From assembly GCA_964652605.1 (NCBI GenBank), contig CAZZBH010000005.1, positions 1-62,400 of the forward strand: a DNA stretch of 62,400 nt, given 5' to 3'. The notes under the pieces were generated by a model that searched no databases, was not told where the DNA came from, and saw only the letters and a list, made by a program, of their open reading frames with translations. Shown piece by piece: positions 61,219 through 62,400 of the stretch; positions within the stretch are counted from its first letter, which is position 1, and every line of letters begins with the position of its first letter. A program made the position numbers and the translations under genes. The stretch is from an uncultured Planctomycetaceae bacterium (GTDB lineage Bacteria > Planctomycetota > UBA8742 > UBA2392).

Positions 61219-62280
61219 ATGGGGCCTCTTGCCGACATTCTGGCCACCTTTGACGTCCTTCCGCGCACCGCGCGCACGCTGATGCTTGCGGGCTTTGCGG
61301 GCTCTGCGGCGCTAGCGCTGAAGCTTCTGGTGTTCGCGCTGGTGCGCCGCTGGCGCAACGGCGACGACCCACGCCTGATTGATCGCGTGCTGCACCGCAT
61401 CACCTGGCCCGCCAACCTGCTGGCGCCGCTGATCGGCATCGTCGACGTGCTTGAGCTGGTGGAGCTGCGCACGGCGCTCTCCGGCACGATCTCGATGATT
61501 TTGCGCCTTAAGGTGATCGGCGCGGCAACCTGGATCGCGATCGGCGTGCTGCGTGGCCTTGATGACCACGTCACCGAACGCTTCACCGGCGACAGCGCGC
61601 GTGAGCGTCGCTTTCGCACCCAGTCGCGCATCGTCCGCCGCTTTGCATCCGTGCTGTTGCTCTTTCTCGCGGGCGTCGGGCTGTTGATGACCATTCCGCA
61701 GGTGCGCAACTTCGGCGTCAGCCTTGCGGCGTCTGCCGGCATCGCGGGCATTATCGTCGCGGTCGTTGCGCGCCCCGTTCTGTCGAACGTGATCGCGGGC
61801 GTGCAGCTTGCGTTTCAGGGGCCGTTTGAGATTGGTGACATGATCAAGGTGGAGGACGAAGTCGGTTGGATCGAAGACATTCATTGGACATACGTGATTG
61901 TTCGCCGCTGGGATGAACGCCGCTCGGTTATCCCGCTGACACGCTTTGTTGACGAAAGCTACGAGAACTGGTCGTTCACCAACCGCAAGCTGATCGCGCT
62001 CGCGTCGGTTTATGCGGACTACGCCGTTCCGCTGGATGAGCTGCGAGGCGAGTTTCAGAACGCGCTAAAAGACTGCGAGCCGTACACCGGCGGCGAGTGG
62101 GGCATCGACATGATCGAAGCCGGCGAAGCAAGCGTGCAGATCCGGGCCAAGGCCGAAATTGATGACCCCACCAAAGTATGGACGGCTGAGTTCTTCATGC
62201 GCGAAACGCTGGTGAAGATGCTGTTCGCGCGAGGCATCGAAGTGCTACCGCGCCAACGCGAGCAACATGTTGATAAGTAG
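61219..62280 (+). CDS. Mechanosensitive ion channel family protein (MscS-like)
   Basis: TM helices followed by VIAGVQLAFQGPFEIGDMIKVEDEVGWIEDIHWTYVIVRRWDERRSVIPLTRF, the MscS beta-domain signature. Confidence 0.85.
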   Translation: MGPLADILATFDVLPRTARTLMLAGFAGSAALALKLLVFALVRRWRNGDDPRLIDRVLHRITWPANLLAPLIGIVDVLELVELRTALSGTISMILRLKVIGAATWIAIGVLRGLDDHVTERFTGDSARERRFRTQSRIVRRFASVLLLFLAGVGLLMTIPQVRNFGVSLAASAGIAGIIVAVVARPVLSNVIAGVQLAFQGPFEIGDMIKVEDEVGWIEDIHWTYVIVRRWDERRSVIPLTRFVDESYENWSFTNRKLIALASVYADYAVPLDELRGEFQNALKDCEPYTGGEWGIDMIEAGEASVQIRAKAEIDDPTKVWTAEFFMRETLVKMLFARGIEVLPRQREQHVDK

Positions 62281-62400
62281 CAATACGGATGTCATGGCCG
62301 GAGGCCTTACACTGGGGACTCAGGGTCTATGCGCGGTCTCTTCGCGCGCCTACACTCCGCCCCGCATGTTCGCAGATCAAAGGAAGCCACCCGTACAGGG

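Overview
This is a 62.4-kb window of a high-G+C bacterial chromosome. Hand-counted 60-nt lines give about 63% G+C in the flanks. I can support roughly 47 protein-coding genes, 1 tRNA, 2 pseudogenes, several repeats and a few hairpin terminators.

The protein repertoire suggests a Planctomycetota/PVC-like environmental lineage, but that is inference only. The supporting traits are choice-of-anchor-D and Ig-like surface proteins, very large secreted proteins with acidic tails, a BatA-like VWA protein and a short nuoABC operon.

Housekeeping genes I recognise: lgt, nuoA/B/C, der, trpS, ffh, rpsP, sucD, ygiQ, a beta-carbonic anhydrase, a RodA/FtsW-family protein, a sigma-70-family factor, an Opu-type ABC transporter, an MscS-family channel and tRNA-Ser(UGA).

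The most interesting items, in order:
1. A ~4.8-kb low-G+C island (27.8-32.7 kb) forms a tight four-gene minus-strand operon. Its first gene looks like an orphan HK97-fold capsid or encapsulin-like protein with no portal, terminase or protease nearby. It is followed by a (Thr-Pro)n-linker protein, a protein with a long disordered N-terminus, and a eukaryote-like cysteine-containing LRR protein. This is a candidate uncharacterised capsid-derived compartment system.
2. A cluster at 0.3-9.2 kb encodes four secreted proteins, including an S8 protease. All end in the same Cys-containing tripartite C-terminal tag (MYXO-CTERM-like), and they surround an insertion-bearing lgt.
3. A stand-alone SRP54 M-domain-like protein sits in the canonical ffh position directly upstream of rpsP. 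The full ffh lies about 14 kb away.

Smaller observations include a decayed ParE/antitoxin pair, palindromic DNA elements inside the family-atypical segments of ygiQ, a 65-nt tandem palindromic repeat with compensatory changes, and several tandem paralog pairs.

All homology calls rest on motif recognition by eye. No database search was run.
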